From Chlamydiota bacterium (GTDB taxonomy: Bacteria > Chlamydiota > Chlamydiia > Chlamydiales > RGXB01): a stretch of 31,170 nt of DNA. The notes under the pieces were generated by a model. It had not been told where the DNA came from. It made no database searches and saw nothing but the letters and a program-made list of their open reading frames with translations. The DNA lies in contig CANLTW010000016.1 of the NCBI GenBank assembly GCA_947494155.1, positions 1 to 31,170 of the forward strand, read 5' to 3'. A program made the translations under genes and the position numbers. The first letter of the stretch is position 1. Every line of letters starts with the position of its first letter. Below are positions 18,664-27,996 of this stretch, in pieces.

Positions 18664-19428
18664 ATGCCAATTGAGTATCATATAGTAGTGTTTATCCATA
18701 TACTAGCGGGAATTATTGGAGCTTTTCTGGCTTTCCCGGTAGCAATTGGGGCAAAAAAGGGCTCATTTATCCATGTAACCGCAGGAAAAATATTTGTTAT
18801 CTCCTTTATCGCTATCTGTATCACAGGATATATACTCGACTACGAAAACTTTAAAAATTTCTACTTTTTAGCGGAAGGTTCAACAATAGATAAAAATATC
18901 TATTCGCATAAAAACTTCATACTTTTTACAGCCATGATCAATACGTTTGCCCTCTACTTGGTTCTTTCAGGCTGGAGAATAGCTCATCAACACTACAAAG
19001 GCTCTACCGATCTGTTTGATAAAATTTTCAACATATCATTAGCTACAGTACTCATAATTGCATCATGTATTTTTTTTCTCGTCGGTATTGAGTCATTATC
19101 TTACATTGAAGAAAAGGATCATTTTTATTTGAACAAAAAAATCTTCGCCACCATTTTAGCTTTTTTAGCCGTTGGAGGTATCGCAGAGGCAGCTTTAGAT
19201 ATAGCCAAAACACTGGGCTTCTTGCATATTAAACGATGGTGGATCGAGCACATGAGAAAAATGCTTCTAGCTCAACTTGGACTGCTTAGCGCCTTCCTGT
19301 ATAGATGTCTCCCTAGCAAAAAATATTGGTTACTTCTTACGTTAATTCTTGCCCTTCTTTTCTTATTATTTTTTGTTTTTATGATTTTTAGGATGAGCAA
19401 CTCTAAGAACCAAAAACTACTCCATTAA
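18664..19428 (+). CDS. DUF2306-like multi-pass membrane protein
   Basis: HILAG...KKGS..H..AGKIF N-terminal motif and WWIEHMRKM near the C-terminus; about 7 TM segments. ATG at 18664 is preferred over 18541. Confidence 0.6.
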   Translation: MPIEYHIVVFIHILAGIIGAFLAFPVAIGAKKGSFIHVTAGKIFVISFIAICITGYILDYENFKNFYFLAEGSTIDKNIYSHKNFILFTAMINTFALYLVLSGWRIAHQHYKGSTDLFDKIFNISLATVLIIASCIFFLVGIESLSYIEEKDHFYLNKKIFATILAFLAVGGIAEAALDIAKTLGFLHIKRWWIEHMRKMLLAQLGLLSAFLYRCLPSKKYWLLLTLILALLFLLFFVFMIFRMSNSKNQKLLH

Positions 19429-19494
19429 TTTTAAATATTTCATTATAACTTGTGCTTAAAAAGAAAGGAGGTAGCTATTTTCCCTTTTTGAGTC

Positions 19495-19556
19495 TTGATT
19501 TCTACTCTTTAAGCATGGTATTTTTAGAGATTAGCTTTTCACACGAGAAAAGCTAA
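19495..19556 (+). promoter_or_regulatory. Putative htpG promoter with downstream CIRCE-like inverted repeat
   Basis: TTGATT (19495), then TGgTATTTT (19516-19524), then TTAGCTTTTC-N6-GAAAAGCTAA (19531-19556). Confidence 0.55.
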
Positions 19557-19665
19557 ACCAAAATATTTCTTCATTAGGTCAGTTTTTATAAAAACCGCTC
19601 GTACAAGGGGCCTATTTAAAATATTTTAGCAAACGTTGAACAAAACAAACTTGGAAGTACCGTTT

Positions 19666-21462
19666 ATGGCACAAGGAACACTCAAGATTCATAGCGAAAA
19701 TATCCTGCCGATCATCAAAAAATCTCTTTACTCTGATAAGGAAATTTTTATTCGCGAACTCGTCTCGAACGCCTCCGACGCGATCACCAAATTAAAGGTG
19801 TTGATCGAAAATAATGAGGCCTCTTTTCCAAATTACAATCCTGAAATTCGTGTAAAAATAGATCAAGAATCCAAGACGATCACCATCACCGACAACGGCA
19901 TAGGGATGAGCGAAACGGAAGTCGAGACCTATATCGCCCAGATCGCTTTCAGCGGAGCCGAAGAATTTGTCAAAAAATACGACACCTCAAGTGAAAAAGA
20001 TAAAATCATCGGCCATTTTGGGCTCGGATTTTATTCTGCATTTATGGTCAGCAGCCAGGTGGAGGTGATCTCGCAATCTTTTAAAGCCGATTGCCCTTCA
20101 AGCCACTGGGTGAGCGATGGATCTAACACTTATGAGCTCAATCGTATTGATACACAGCCGATGGGGACTAAAATTGTGCTTCACATCGACGAGGAGTCGC
20201 AAGAATACCTTGAGGAGAGCAAACTTGAAACAGTCATCAAAAAATACTGCGCGTTCCTCCCTCATCCCCTTTTTGTTGGTGATAAAAGAATCAACGAAAA
20301 AGAGCCTTTATATCTAAAATCCCCCCAAGATTGTACCGATGAAGACTATAAAGATTTCTACCAACAACTCTACCCTTTTGAACCGGCACCGATTTTTTGG
20401 ATCCACTTGAATATCGACTATCCTTTCAATCTTAAAGGGATTCTCTACTTCCCCAAGGTGACCGAAAGATTAGAATTTGGAAAATGTTTTACAAAGCTAT
20501 TTTGCAATCGCGTCTATGTTTCAAGCGATATTAAGGAACTTCTCCCCGAGTATATGACTCTTTTGCGCGGTGCTATAGACAGCCCAGATCTCCCTTTGAA
20601 CGTCTCCAGAAGCTATTTGCATATGGATAAAACGGTAAGACAACTGGGGAGCCATCTATCGAAAAAAATCTCTGACAAACTTAACCAGCTTTATACCCAA
20701 GATAAGGATGCATATATCCCCCTTTACAAGGAGATGGAGGTTTTTCTTAAGCTCGGCAACCTGCAAGATGAGAAGTTTTACGAAAAAACTAAAGATCTCC
20801 TCCTTTTTGAAACTAGCAAATCAGAGTGGGTAAGCATCTCTGGATATCTTGAGGCGATGAAAGAGAAAACAAAATCTAAAGTTTTCTACCATATCGATAC
20901 AAGCGAAAGCCATTTCCTCAAACTTTTCAAAGAGAAAGAGATTGATGTACTACGCTCAACCTCCCCAATTGACAGCCACCTTTTCCAACATTTTGAATCC
21001 AAAATGAGCGAGGTGAAATTCCAACGCGTCGATGGAGGTTTGGATGATTTACTTACCGATAACGCAGAATTTGCCCCTAAAGAGGAGCTTCTGCAGTTCG
21101 CTAAAGAATCGTTCAAAGACCTTAAGGTTGAAGTGGAACTCAAGCCTTTGAGCTCCTCATCGGTACCAGGGTTTGTAATGATTGATGAAGATCAGCGTCG
21201 ATTTAGAGATTATATGCGTTTGCAAAAACAGGATTTCTCTCAGGATCTTTTTGGGAAAAAGACCTTCGTTTTGAACGCAAATTCCCCTATGGTCTCCAAA
21301 ATCGAAGAGATCCAAAAAAATCGACCCGATCTGGCAAAAGAGCTTTTAGAACAACTTTATGACCTTTCCCTTCTCTCCCAAAAGGAGTTGCACAACGATG
21401 CGCTGCAACCCTTCTTGAATCGCTCTATGAAGCTTTTCGAGACGCTCCTTTGCAAAGAGTAA
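19666..21462 (+). CDS. htpG: Molecular chaperone HtpG (Hsp90)
   Basis: LYSDKEIFIRELVSNASDA, DNGIGM, IGHFGLGFYSAFMV and DSPDLPLNVSRS motifs. ATG at 19666. Confidence 0.97.
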   Translation: MAQGTLKIHSENILPIIKKSLYSDKEIFIRELVSNASDAITKLKVLIENNEASFPNYNPEIRVKIDQESKTITITDNGIGMSETEVETYIAQIAFSGAEEFVKKYDTSSEKDKIIGHFGLGFYSAFMVSSQVEVISQSFKADCPSSHWVSDGSNTYELNRIDTQPMGTKIVLHIDEESQEYLEESKLETVIKKYCAFLPHPLFVGDKRINEKEPLYLKSPQDCTDEDYKDFYQQLYPFEPAPIFWIHLNIDYPFNLKGILYFPKVTERLEFGKCFTKLFCNRVYVSSDIKELLPEYMTLLRGAIDSPDLPLNVSRSYLHMDKTVRQLGSHLSKKISDKLNQLYTQDKDAYIPLYKEMEVFLKLGNLQDEKFYEKTKDLLLFETSKSEWVSISGYLEAMKEKTKSKVFYHIDTSESHFLKLFKEKEIDVLRSTSPIDSHLFQHFESKMSEVKFQRVDGGLDDLLTDNAEFAPKEELLQFAKESFKDLKVEVELKPLSSSSVPGFVMIDEDQRRFRDYMRLQKQDFSQDLFGKKTFVLNANSPMVSKIEEIQKNRPDLAKELLEQLYDLSLLSQKELHNDALQPFLNRSMKLFETLLCKE

Positions 21463-21468
21463 TTTCCT

Positions 21469-21498
21469 AAAAAAAGCCCCCGTTTTTCGGGGGCTTTT
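21469..21498. terminator. Bidirectional intrinsic terminator between convergent htpG and yajC
   Basis: A7-gcccccg-ttttt-cgggggc-T4. Confidence 0.85.
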
Positions 21499-21503
21499 AT
21501 CTA

Positions 21504-21827
21504 TTAAGAGATCGGCTGCTGTTCCTCCTCTTTGGGGAGCTCAACAAAACTAATCGCCATTTTCAGAATCTCTATTTCCGCGCTTCCTGTAACAAGAGTA
21601 CAGGTCGTCTCTTTTAAGTGTTTGATTGTCCCCACAATCGCACCCGCGTACACTTTTTGGCCAACCTGTAAACTCTCTTGCAGAGTCTGTAGATTTTTAC
21701 GCCTTTTTTGCTCGGGTCTGATAAAAAGAAAATATAAAAGCAGAAACATTACTGCTAGCAGAATCAGATTTTGAGCTACCGATTGTGTAGTACCTCCACT
21801 AGAATCCAAGAAAACCATTTTCAACAC
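21504..21827 (-). CDS. yajC: Preprotein translocase subunit YajC
   Basis: Single TM segment, then YFLFIRPEQKRRK and LQVGQKV...GAIVGTI. Confidence 0.92.
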   Translation of the reverse strand: MLKMVFLDSSGGTTQSVAQNLILLAVMFLLLYFLFIRPEQKRRKNLQTLQESLQVGQKVYAGAIVGTIKHLKETTCTLVTGSAEIEILKMAISFVELPKEEEQQPIS

Positions 21828-21882
21828 CCTTTTATTGATAAAGACAGATCAAAAAAAGAGTAGTAAAAATCGTTTTGTACTT

Positions 21883-23229
21883 CTAGAGGTTTTTTAGGGT
21901 AAAAAGGGCAATCATCTCTAGGTGTAGAGTTTGTGGGAACTGATCAACAGGCTGTAAACACTCTACTTTATAGCCGCAATTTTCAATCAATTGCAGGTCC
22001 TTTGCCAAACTCTTTGGATTACAAGAAATATAAAGAATTTTTTTCGCTTGCATCTGATGAAGTGTTTGAATGACCTGCTCATCAAGTCCGGCTCTTGGCG
22101 GGTCTAGGATGATGCTATCAAACGGAGCATCTTTATGCTGCACCAAAACATCTTTCACATCCCCTACGATCACCTCTATATTTTCCATCAAGTTGATGGC
22201 AATATTGCGTTTAGCATCACAAACGGCATACCTGTTCAGCTCTATACCCAAAACCCGATCTACACGATCTTTAAGACATATCCCGATTGAACCAACACCA
22301 CAATAAAGATCTAAGACCCTGTCGGCGCTATTAGGCTTTAAAAGGGAAAATGCGGTTTCGTACAAAAGCTGAGCCTGCTTTGGATTAGGCTGAAAAAAGC
22401 TTTGTGGCGACACAAGAAAAGTTTTTTCACATAGTATCTCTTTATAGTGATCCTTTCCGGACAAGTGGATCTCCGATGTGTAAGTAGGCGTACCCTTCTC
22501 AACATGTGTTAATACCACAAAAATACTGATATCTTCGCAACATTTGTTGGCATCGGTTATCGCCTGTTGAAAACCTTTTAACTCCTCATAACTGAGCGCA
22601 TAAAGGGGGTTTCCCGAAAGACCTAGAATAACCATCCGCTCCCCCGTATTTACCCCGGCTCGGCAGGTCAAAGTCCTCAAAGAGCCGGTATTGGTATGCA
22701 GGTAATACGCATCTAATTCTGTAGTGCACCAGTGGTCAAACACCGCCTTGAGAGTCGAAATCATCCACTCGGGACAAAGGGCACAACTATTTTGTGAGAA
22801 AACTTTTCCTCTGGAGTCCTCTTCCACAAGCCCGAGATATTTTCTCTTTTCTTTATCTTGGGAAAAAGAAAATTCCATTTTGTTGCGGTAGTAAAACGGA
22901 TCTTGAGCCTCTAAAATAGGTTCCACTTTATGTGTAAAAAAAAGTTTTTCAACATTTTTTTGTTTCAAAGCCACTTGCGAAGAGTAGCTCAACCCGTGCA
23001 AATTACAACCTCCACAAATCTGAGAATGGGAACATTTGGGGGGGATACGCTCCAAAGAGGGGATTTTTATCGATTGTAAAATCCCTTTTTTCACACCCCG
23101 TTTCCCCTTCTTTACCTCAACTTGTACCGTCTCGGCTAAAAAGGCTCCCTTGATATCGATCACTCTCCCCTCGTGAAAGGCTCTTCCGTGCCCTTTATCG
23201 GTCCATTTTTCAATAACACACTGTTCCAT
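21883..23229 (-). CDS. rlmD: 23S rRNA (uracil-C5)-methyltransferase, RlmD/TrmA family
   Basis: TRAM domain, C-x5-CGGC Fe-S motif, YRNKMEF, SFFQPN, LDLYCGVG, LDPPRAG, YISCNP and DQFPQT.H.E. Confidence 0.92.
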   Translation of the reverse strand: MEQCVIEKWTDKGHGRAFHEGRVIDIKGAFLAETVQVEVKKGKRGVKKGILQSIKIPSLERIPPKCSHSQICGGCNLHGLSYSSQVALKQKNVEKLFFTHKVEPILEAQDPFYYRNKMEFSFSQDKEKRKYLGLVEEDSRGKVFSQNSCALCPEWMISTLKAVFDHWCTTELDAYYLHTNTGSLRTLTCRAGVNTGERMVILGLSGNPLYALSYEELKGFQQAITDANKCCEDISIFVVLTHVEKGTPTYTSEIHLSGKDHYKEILCEKTFLVSPQSFFQPNPKQAQLLYETAFSLLKPNSADRVLDLYCGVGSIGICLKDRVDRVLGIELNRYAVCDAKRNIAINLMENIEVIVGDVKDVLVQHKDAPFDSIILDPPRAGLDEQVIQTLHQMQAKKILYISCNPKSLAKDLQLIENCGYKVECLQPVDQFPQTLHLEMIALFTLKNL

Positions 23230-23259
23230 AAGAGGGGAATTTTACCAAAAGAGGGGAAT

Positions 23260-23287
23260 AAAAAACCCGAAAATCTCTTTTCGGGTT
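23260..23287 (-). terminator. Intrinsic terminator of hctA
   Basis: Minus strand reads aacccgaaaa-gaga-ttttcgggtttttt. Confidence 0.75.
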
Positions 23288-23316
23288 CAACTTCAAAAAA
23301 AGAAGGTAAGAAAAGT

Positions 23317-23556
23317 CTATTTTTTCTTTCCCTTAGCAGCAGCCTTTTTGGCCTTTGCTTTTGTCGCTCTTTTCTTTTTTGGCATCTCTTTAACAGATTC
23401 TTTTCTGAAAAGTTTTGCCACCTTCTCTAATCTGATTGAACCTGTTCTGACGCGTTGTGCAGCAGCTTTGTTCTCTTTTTCTACAGCTTTTACAAGATCT
23501 TCATAAACCTTCTCTAAAAGCTCCATCATGTGCGTTGCAGTTTGTTTTAGTGCCAT
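23317..23556 (-). CDS. hctA: Chlamydial histone H1-like protein Hc1 (short form)
   Basis: MALKQTA..M..LL...NKAAAQRVRTGSIRLEKVAKLFRKESVK matches the Hc1 N-domain; Lys/Ala tail; adjacent to rlmD and yajC as in chlamydiae. Confidence 0.92.
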   Translation of the reverse strand: MALKQTATHMMELLEKVYEDLVKAVEKENKAAAQRVRTGSIRLEKVAKLFRKESVKEMPKKKRATKAKAKKAAAKGKKK

Positions 23557-23770
23557 AAATGCCCTCTATAGTTCGTCTATAGCTCTTTCCATATTAAGAG
23601 AACGATTTTTTGTGCAACAACTTTTCAAAATATTTTTTTAAAACCCCTCTAGAACCCGATTTTTTTTGACCCTTTTTTCAAAGTTGAAAAATTATCTTTT
23701 TTCCATCTCTTCCCTTTATGGATCTAGACATCGTATAGACCCGATTTTTTTTATTTACGTTTTGCTTTTG

Positions 23771-24241
23771 CTATTTTGAAGGAAAAAGTTTTTGAATCGT
23801 TTTTTCTCTAAAAGCAAAAATCTCCTCTAAGCGGGGTTTGACTACAAAAGGCTCCACCATTCGGCCTAAACATCCGAAAGGGAGTTTATAGTGCACTATA
23901 TCCACCATTTTCACACGACTCCCCTCTTGAGTAAAAAAGTGTTTGTGGTGCCAAAAAGCGTAGGGGCCAAACCTTTGCTCATCTACAAACATTTTTAATG
24001 GCTCCACGTGGCTAATTTCGGTCACCCAGTGAACCTTGAAAAAGGGGAAAGGGCGCACCGTATACTCAATAATTTGACCTGCAAACATCTCCTTGCTCAA
24101 GGAGCGATCTAGGATATGAAAATCGAGATTCTCAGGGGTAATTACGGCCAAATTATCCGGCGAAGAAAAAAATTCCCATGCGGTTTGTAGATTTGTATTG
24201 AGCCATGTAGTTTTTATTAAACAGTGCATAAACCTTTCCAA
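23771..24241 (-). CDS. SRPBCC (START-like) family protein
   Basis: WEFFSSPDNL..ITP, W.TEI, FVDEQRFGPY..W.HKH.F, D.V.Y.LP and IFAFR motifs. Confidence 0.88.
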   Translation of the reverse strand: MERFMHCLIKTTWLNTNLQTAWEFFSSPDNLAVITPENLDFHILDRSLSKEMFAGQIIEYTVRPFPFFKVHWVTEISHVEPLKMFVDEQRFGPYAFWHHKHFFTQEGSRVKMVDIVHYKLPFGCLGRMVEPFVVKPRLEEIFAFREKTIQKLFPSK

Positions 24242-24448
24242 TCACCTTAAAATAATTTTAATTGTTGTTGCTAAAATGCGTTTTTCCGTGGTTACCTGTG
24301 CAAAATGGAATAAATAACACCCGTGTGAAGAAACGAAAATTGTGTATAGATCCCCCTGCATTTTTCAGTATACAGCAAAAATAATTTTAACGGTTTGACA
24401 TGAATCGCATGGTTCTCTAAGTTCCATTTAAGGATTTAGGAGATATAA

Positions 24449-24985
24449 ATGATCGGAAACTTATTGTTTTTTTCTTTTCTTGTAGCTAGCGATCCAAAAA
24501 CGGTCGATAGCTTGAATTACCCGATGAAAGAGGGTGTCTACCAATTGCAATCTCAAACTGTAGCGACCTCACGTTATCCAAACGGGATGACCGAGACAGG
24601 CACAAGAAAAGTTATAAATGAGGATTTAGGGCAAAAATGGGTTACAAATACCACATTAGCCTATACCGATAGTAACAATCAGTCGTATAGAAAAGCTGTA
24701 ACCTATGAAACCATCTTTTTCAAAGACTTTAATGGTGAGGAAAAATTCTTCAAGATTGGCTCCCAAGGAAGTTATGGCCTTGGAACAGTAACAATCCAAA
24801 AGGATGGTAGTTTCGTTCAGGAAACCGAAGCGATGTCCAATAGTGTTGGAAAAATGGTTAAATCAAAAGTTGTAGTTACCCCAACAAAAAAAGGGTACGA
24901 CTCGGTGCAGACGTACTACGATGAAGCAGTTAAAAAGTGGGTTCCTTTGCGCACCACCACCTACATTTATATGCCCAAATCTTAA
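24449..24985 (+). CDS. Exported beta-rich hypothetical protein, paralog 1
   Basis: Short signal-like N-terminus and a good RBS (aggag); gapless similarity to the next ORF. Confidence 0.8.
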   Translation: MIGNLLFFSFLVASDPKTVDSLNYPMKEGVYQLQSQTVATSRYPNGMTETGTRKVINEDLGQKWVTNTTLAYTDSNNQSYRKAVTYETIFFKDFNGEEKFFKIGSQGSYGLGTVTIQKDGSFVQETEAMSNSVGKMVKSKVVVTPTKKGYDSVQTYYDEAVKKWVPLRTTTYIYMPKS

Positions 24986-24997
24986 AACTGCCTCTAT

Positions 24998-25016
24998 CCC
25001 TCCATTTCAAGGAGGG
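24998..25016 (+). terminator. Hairpin after paralog 1, duplicated after paralog 2
   Basis: ccctcc-atttcaa-ggaggg. Confidence 0.55.
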
Positions 25017-25148
25017 TATATTCTTCATGCAAAAAGATACTCTGCAAAAGGAGATCATATACCTTTTTTTTGTATAAAGGCCTTTAAAAAAGTTTTGATG
25101 TTAAAATTAATTTTCCTTAGTCAATATAAAAAATAAATGGATTAGACA

Positions 25149-25691
25149 ATGATTGGATTTTTTTTATTCTTTTCTTTACTTGTAGCTAAAGATGCAAAGA
25201 CCGTAGATAGTACCCCTTACCCTATGAAGGAGGGGATCTACCAGTTACAATCTCAGACAATTGGAACCCCCCGTTACCCTAATGGTAAGACCGAAACAGG
25301 AACCAGAAAAGTGCGCAATGAGGTTATGGGACAAAAATGGGTTACCGATACGGTTTTAACCTATACCGACAGCAACAATCAGCCCTTCCAAAAAGCTATG
25401 TCTTACGAAACTACATTTTTCAAAGACTTTAACGGCCAGCAAAGAGTTTTTGAGATCGGATCTCAGGGGGGCTATATGATCGGAACTCTTACCATGGAAA
25501 AAGATGGAGGATATACTATTGAAGCCGAGGGTATGTCGAATGCTTTAGGAAAAATGGTTAAAACTCGGGTGGTAGCTAATCCCACAAAAAAAGGGTACAG
25601 CAATGTGCAGACTTATTATGATGAGACAACAAAAAAGTGGGTTCCATTACGCACTAGCACCTTCACCCTTACATCTCAATCCTCAAATTAG
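25149..25691 (+). CDS. Exported beta-rich hypothetical protein, paralog 2
   Basis: Shares YPMKEG.YQLQSQT, TETGTRKV, FFKDFNG and KKWVPLRT with paralog 1. Confidence 0.8.
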   Translation: MIGFFLFFSLLVAKDAKTVDSTPYPMKEGIYQLQSQTIGTPRYPNGKTETGTRKVRNEVMGQKWVTDTVLTYTDSNNQPFQKAMSYETTFFKDFNGQQRVFEIGSQGGYMIGTLTMEKDGGYTIEAEGMSNALGKMVKTRVVANPTKKGYSNVQTYYDETTKKWVPLRTSTFTLTSQSSN

Positions 25692-25697
25692 ATCTTC

Positions 25698-25717
25698 CCC
25701 TCCTTTTTCAAGGAGGG
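25698..25717 (+). terminator. Hairpin after paralog 2
   Basis: ccctcctt-tttc-aaggaggg. Confidence 0.55.
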
Positions 25718-25727
25718 TCGAATTTTT

Positions 25728-26204
25728 TTAGCTAAAAGGGTAATACATGATGAGAAATGCGATCGTCATCGCAAATCCTACCCAAAGAAAATAGGGAATT
25801 AAAAAATAAAAGCTTCTTCTATCTAAATCAAATGTTTTTATTAGCAACAGCGCTAACAAAACAAAAAGAACTAATGTGTCTAAGAAACCTAGAATTGGGC
25901 TTTTCAATCCAAAAAAGAGAGGGGAAAAAAGGGCATTAACGACCAGCTGCCCTCCCCAAAGATTCAATGCAGAGTTTCTGTTTTTCCCCTTTGATAGATA
26001 AATGCGTGCTCCGGCTAGGGCAATCAGCACGTAAAGCACTGGCCAAACGGTTGCAAATACAACCGGAGGTGGTACTATAGCAGGTTTGTATAGGGTTTGA
26101 TACCAATTCATATTGGTGTCTACCCCAAATATGGAGCCGAAGAAAGCCGCAAACGCGGTAAGCATGAAAAAAAATGCATAAACAGGCAGTTTGGTTGTCC
26201 TCAT
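25728..26204 (-). CDS. tspO: TspO/MBR family tryptophan-rich sensory protein
   Basis: WYQTLYKP..VPP..VF..VWPVLY, QLVVNALFSPLFFG and LIPYFLWVGFA motifs; 5 TM segments. Confidence 0.92.
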   Translation of the reverse strand: MRTTKLPVYAFFFMLTAFAAFFGSIFGVDTNMNWYQTLYKPAIVPPPVVFATVWPVLYVLIALAGARIYLSKGKNRNSALNLWGGQLVVNALFSPLFFGLKSPILGFLDTLVLFVLLALLLIKTFDLDRRSFYFLIPYFLWVGFAMTIAFLIMYYPFS

Positions 26205-26373
26205 AATACCCCTTTTTTTTCCATAATAGACAAAACTCCTTAAATGAAAAGGAACGATCGAAAAAAATTTTTGTTTTTAGAACTCAAAATCCAGGTTTTT
26301 CCTAAAAAAAATTACATTGAAACAGGAAAATCGGTTAAACTTAGCCCCCCCTAGTACAGATATGTAGCCCCCC

Positions 26374-27264
26374 ATGACCCCATCCCTAGTAGATTGCCTT
26401 AGAGAATTTGACAGTTATAGCCCGGCTAAAACAAATTTGAACTATGGCCTTTATCTTATGACTAATGAGGAAGATTCTTTAAAAACGCTTACCAAACTGG
26501 CGCTTCTTCCTGTTGAAGGGGAATTATCTTTGGGAGTCTCAGGCTTTTTTTCTTGGGATTTGGCCGCAGTCCGCCCCGATGCAGGGGAGAAACAACTGCA
26601 ATACTTGGCTCTATTAGACTGCTCACAGAAAGTGGAGCACTTTATGAAAAAAACCCTCTCCTTTCTCAAAATTTGCCCCTCTAAAGAGGCCATGCAAGAT
26701 TTTGTTATCCAGACCCTTTCCAGCGAGTATCGGTTCTATTTCGAGGGGCTTGAGGATAGTGACCTTATAGCCAAAAATTATGTGGATAACTTTCGTGCCT
26801 CATTGGTAGATTTTAGTCTCCATGATACCTTCCCCCAAACAGGCTTTGTCTCAAGCTCCTGGCTCTCCGATCAACATCGATTCGAAAAAATGCAAAAAAT
26901 GGCTCAAAGGGGAAATATCACCTTTTCCTGCGTAAACTTTAACGACTCTTTAGCGATTAACAAATGGGTAGCAAAAGTAAAAGATCTGGGACCAGCAGAT
27001 TTTATCTACCTTTCGAACATCTATTTTCAAGGGCGAAAACCGATGGAGCTAGCAGCTGTTTCTTTGGAACAACTGATAAGCAACCGTTCGTTTATTATTG
27101 ATACAAACCGCTTTTACTGCGAACCGCTCTGTGGGAAGGGTCTTAAACAAAGATTGCAACAAGTAGGAGGGAAAACCCTCCTTGAGACTATCTCTAAGTC
27201 TGATGAGGAGACCTCTGCCCTTTTTAGTGCCAGCAGGGACGGAATTGCCAAATTTTGCCCTTAG
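26374..27264 (+). CDS. Hypothetical protein, possibly SAM-dependent Rossmann fold (BtaA/DUF3419-like motifs)
   Basis: YLMTNE, LGVSG, LLDCS, SWLS...FEKMQ and DFIYLSNI. Confidence 0.5.
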   Translation: MTPSLVDCLREFDSYSPAKTNLNYGLYLMTNEEDSLKTLTKLALLPVEGELSLGVSGFFSWDLAAVRPDAGEKQLQYLALLDCSQKVEHFMKKTLSFLKICPSKEAMQDFVIQTLSSEYRFYFEGLEDSDLIAKNYVDNFRASLVDFSLHDTFPQTGFVSSSWLSDQHRFEKMQKMAQRGNITFSCVNFNDSLAINKWVAKVKDLGPADFIYLSNIYFQGRKPMELAAVSLEQLISNRSFIIDTNRFYCEPLCGKGLKQRLQQVGGKTLLETISKSDEETSALFSASRDGIAKFCP

Positions 27265-27339
27265 GATGCACAACTTATAATAAATTATTTTACAATAAAG
27301 TAACCTAAAGTGTATACTATCCCCTTTGTGGAGGAAATT

Positions 27340-27996
27340 ATGCACCCTGTACCAAATCCTAATCAACTATCAGGCAATGAGTTAGACACTCAAAATCCCT
27401 CATTTTTGGCTAAAGGGGCAAATTTGGCCAAAAAAGTGGGCACCGTGGCCCTCAAAAGTCTTGCAGCATTAACTATTACAGCCAGTTGTATGGTGGGTTA
27501 TGGTGCCGTAGGGGCTCTTTGTGGAGCTATCGCCCTACCCGCATTTGTTGTTGTGGGTGCTGTTGTTTTATTGGTTGCAGGCATCATCTTTACTGTGGGT
27601 GCAATTCTTGATGACCCATCAGGGCTTAAAATTCCAAAAAATCACCCCGTTCCAGATCCTACAGCGAAACCCAAACTTTGGGTAGCTACAAAAGCTTTCC
27701 TTTGGAAAACGACAAAATTTGGAGCCTACATAGGTGGAGTTTTAGGTGCATTAGTTGGGCTAAAAGTGGGAGTCGAGCTCTCGTGGAATATGTTTGTTAA
27801 AAATAAACACATCACTGACATAAGCAACAAAAGTTCTATTGTAAAAGGTCTTGCATATATTGGATTTGGAGCAGGGGCACTCTTAATGGGACCCGCTGTG
27901 GCAGCTGGTGGATCTTTTAAGATACACTCCCCGGGTGTGGGTGAATTCAATAACGGTATTATCCCCAGCGTCTCAACTAATTTTAAGAAAAATTAA
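27340..27996 (+). CDS. Gly/Ala/Val-rich membrane protein, Inc-like effector candidate
   Basis: ATG at 27340 after GAGGA; continuous hydrophobic stretch of about 55 aa plus further GxxxG-rich segments. Confidence 0.65.
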   Translation: MHPVPNPNQLSGNELDTQNPSFLAKGANLAKKVGTVALKSLAALTITASCMVGYGAVGALCGAIALPAFVVVGAVVLLVAGIIFTVGAILDDPSGLKIPKNHPVPDPTAKPKLWVATKAFLWKTTKFGAYIGGVLGALVGLKVGVELSWNMFVKNKHITDISNKSSIVKGLAYIGFGAGALLMGPAVAAGGSFKIHSPGVGEFNNGIIPSVSTNFKKN

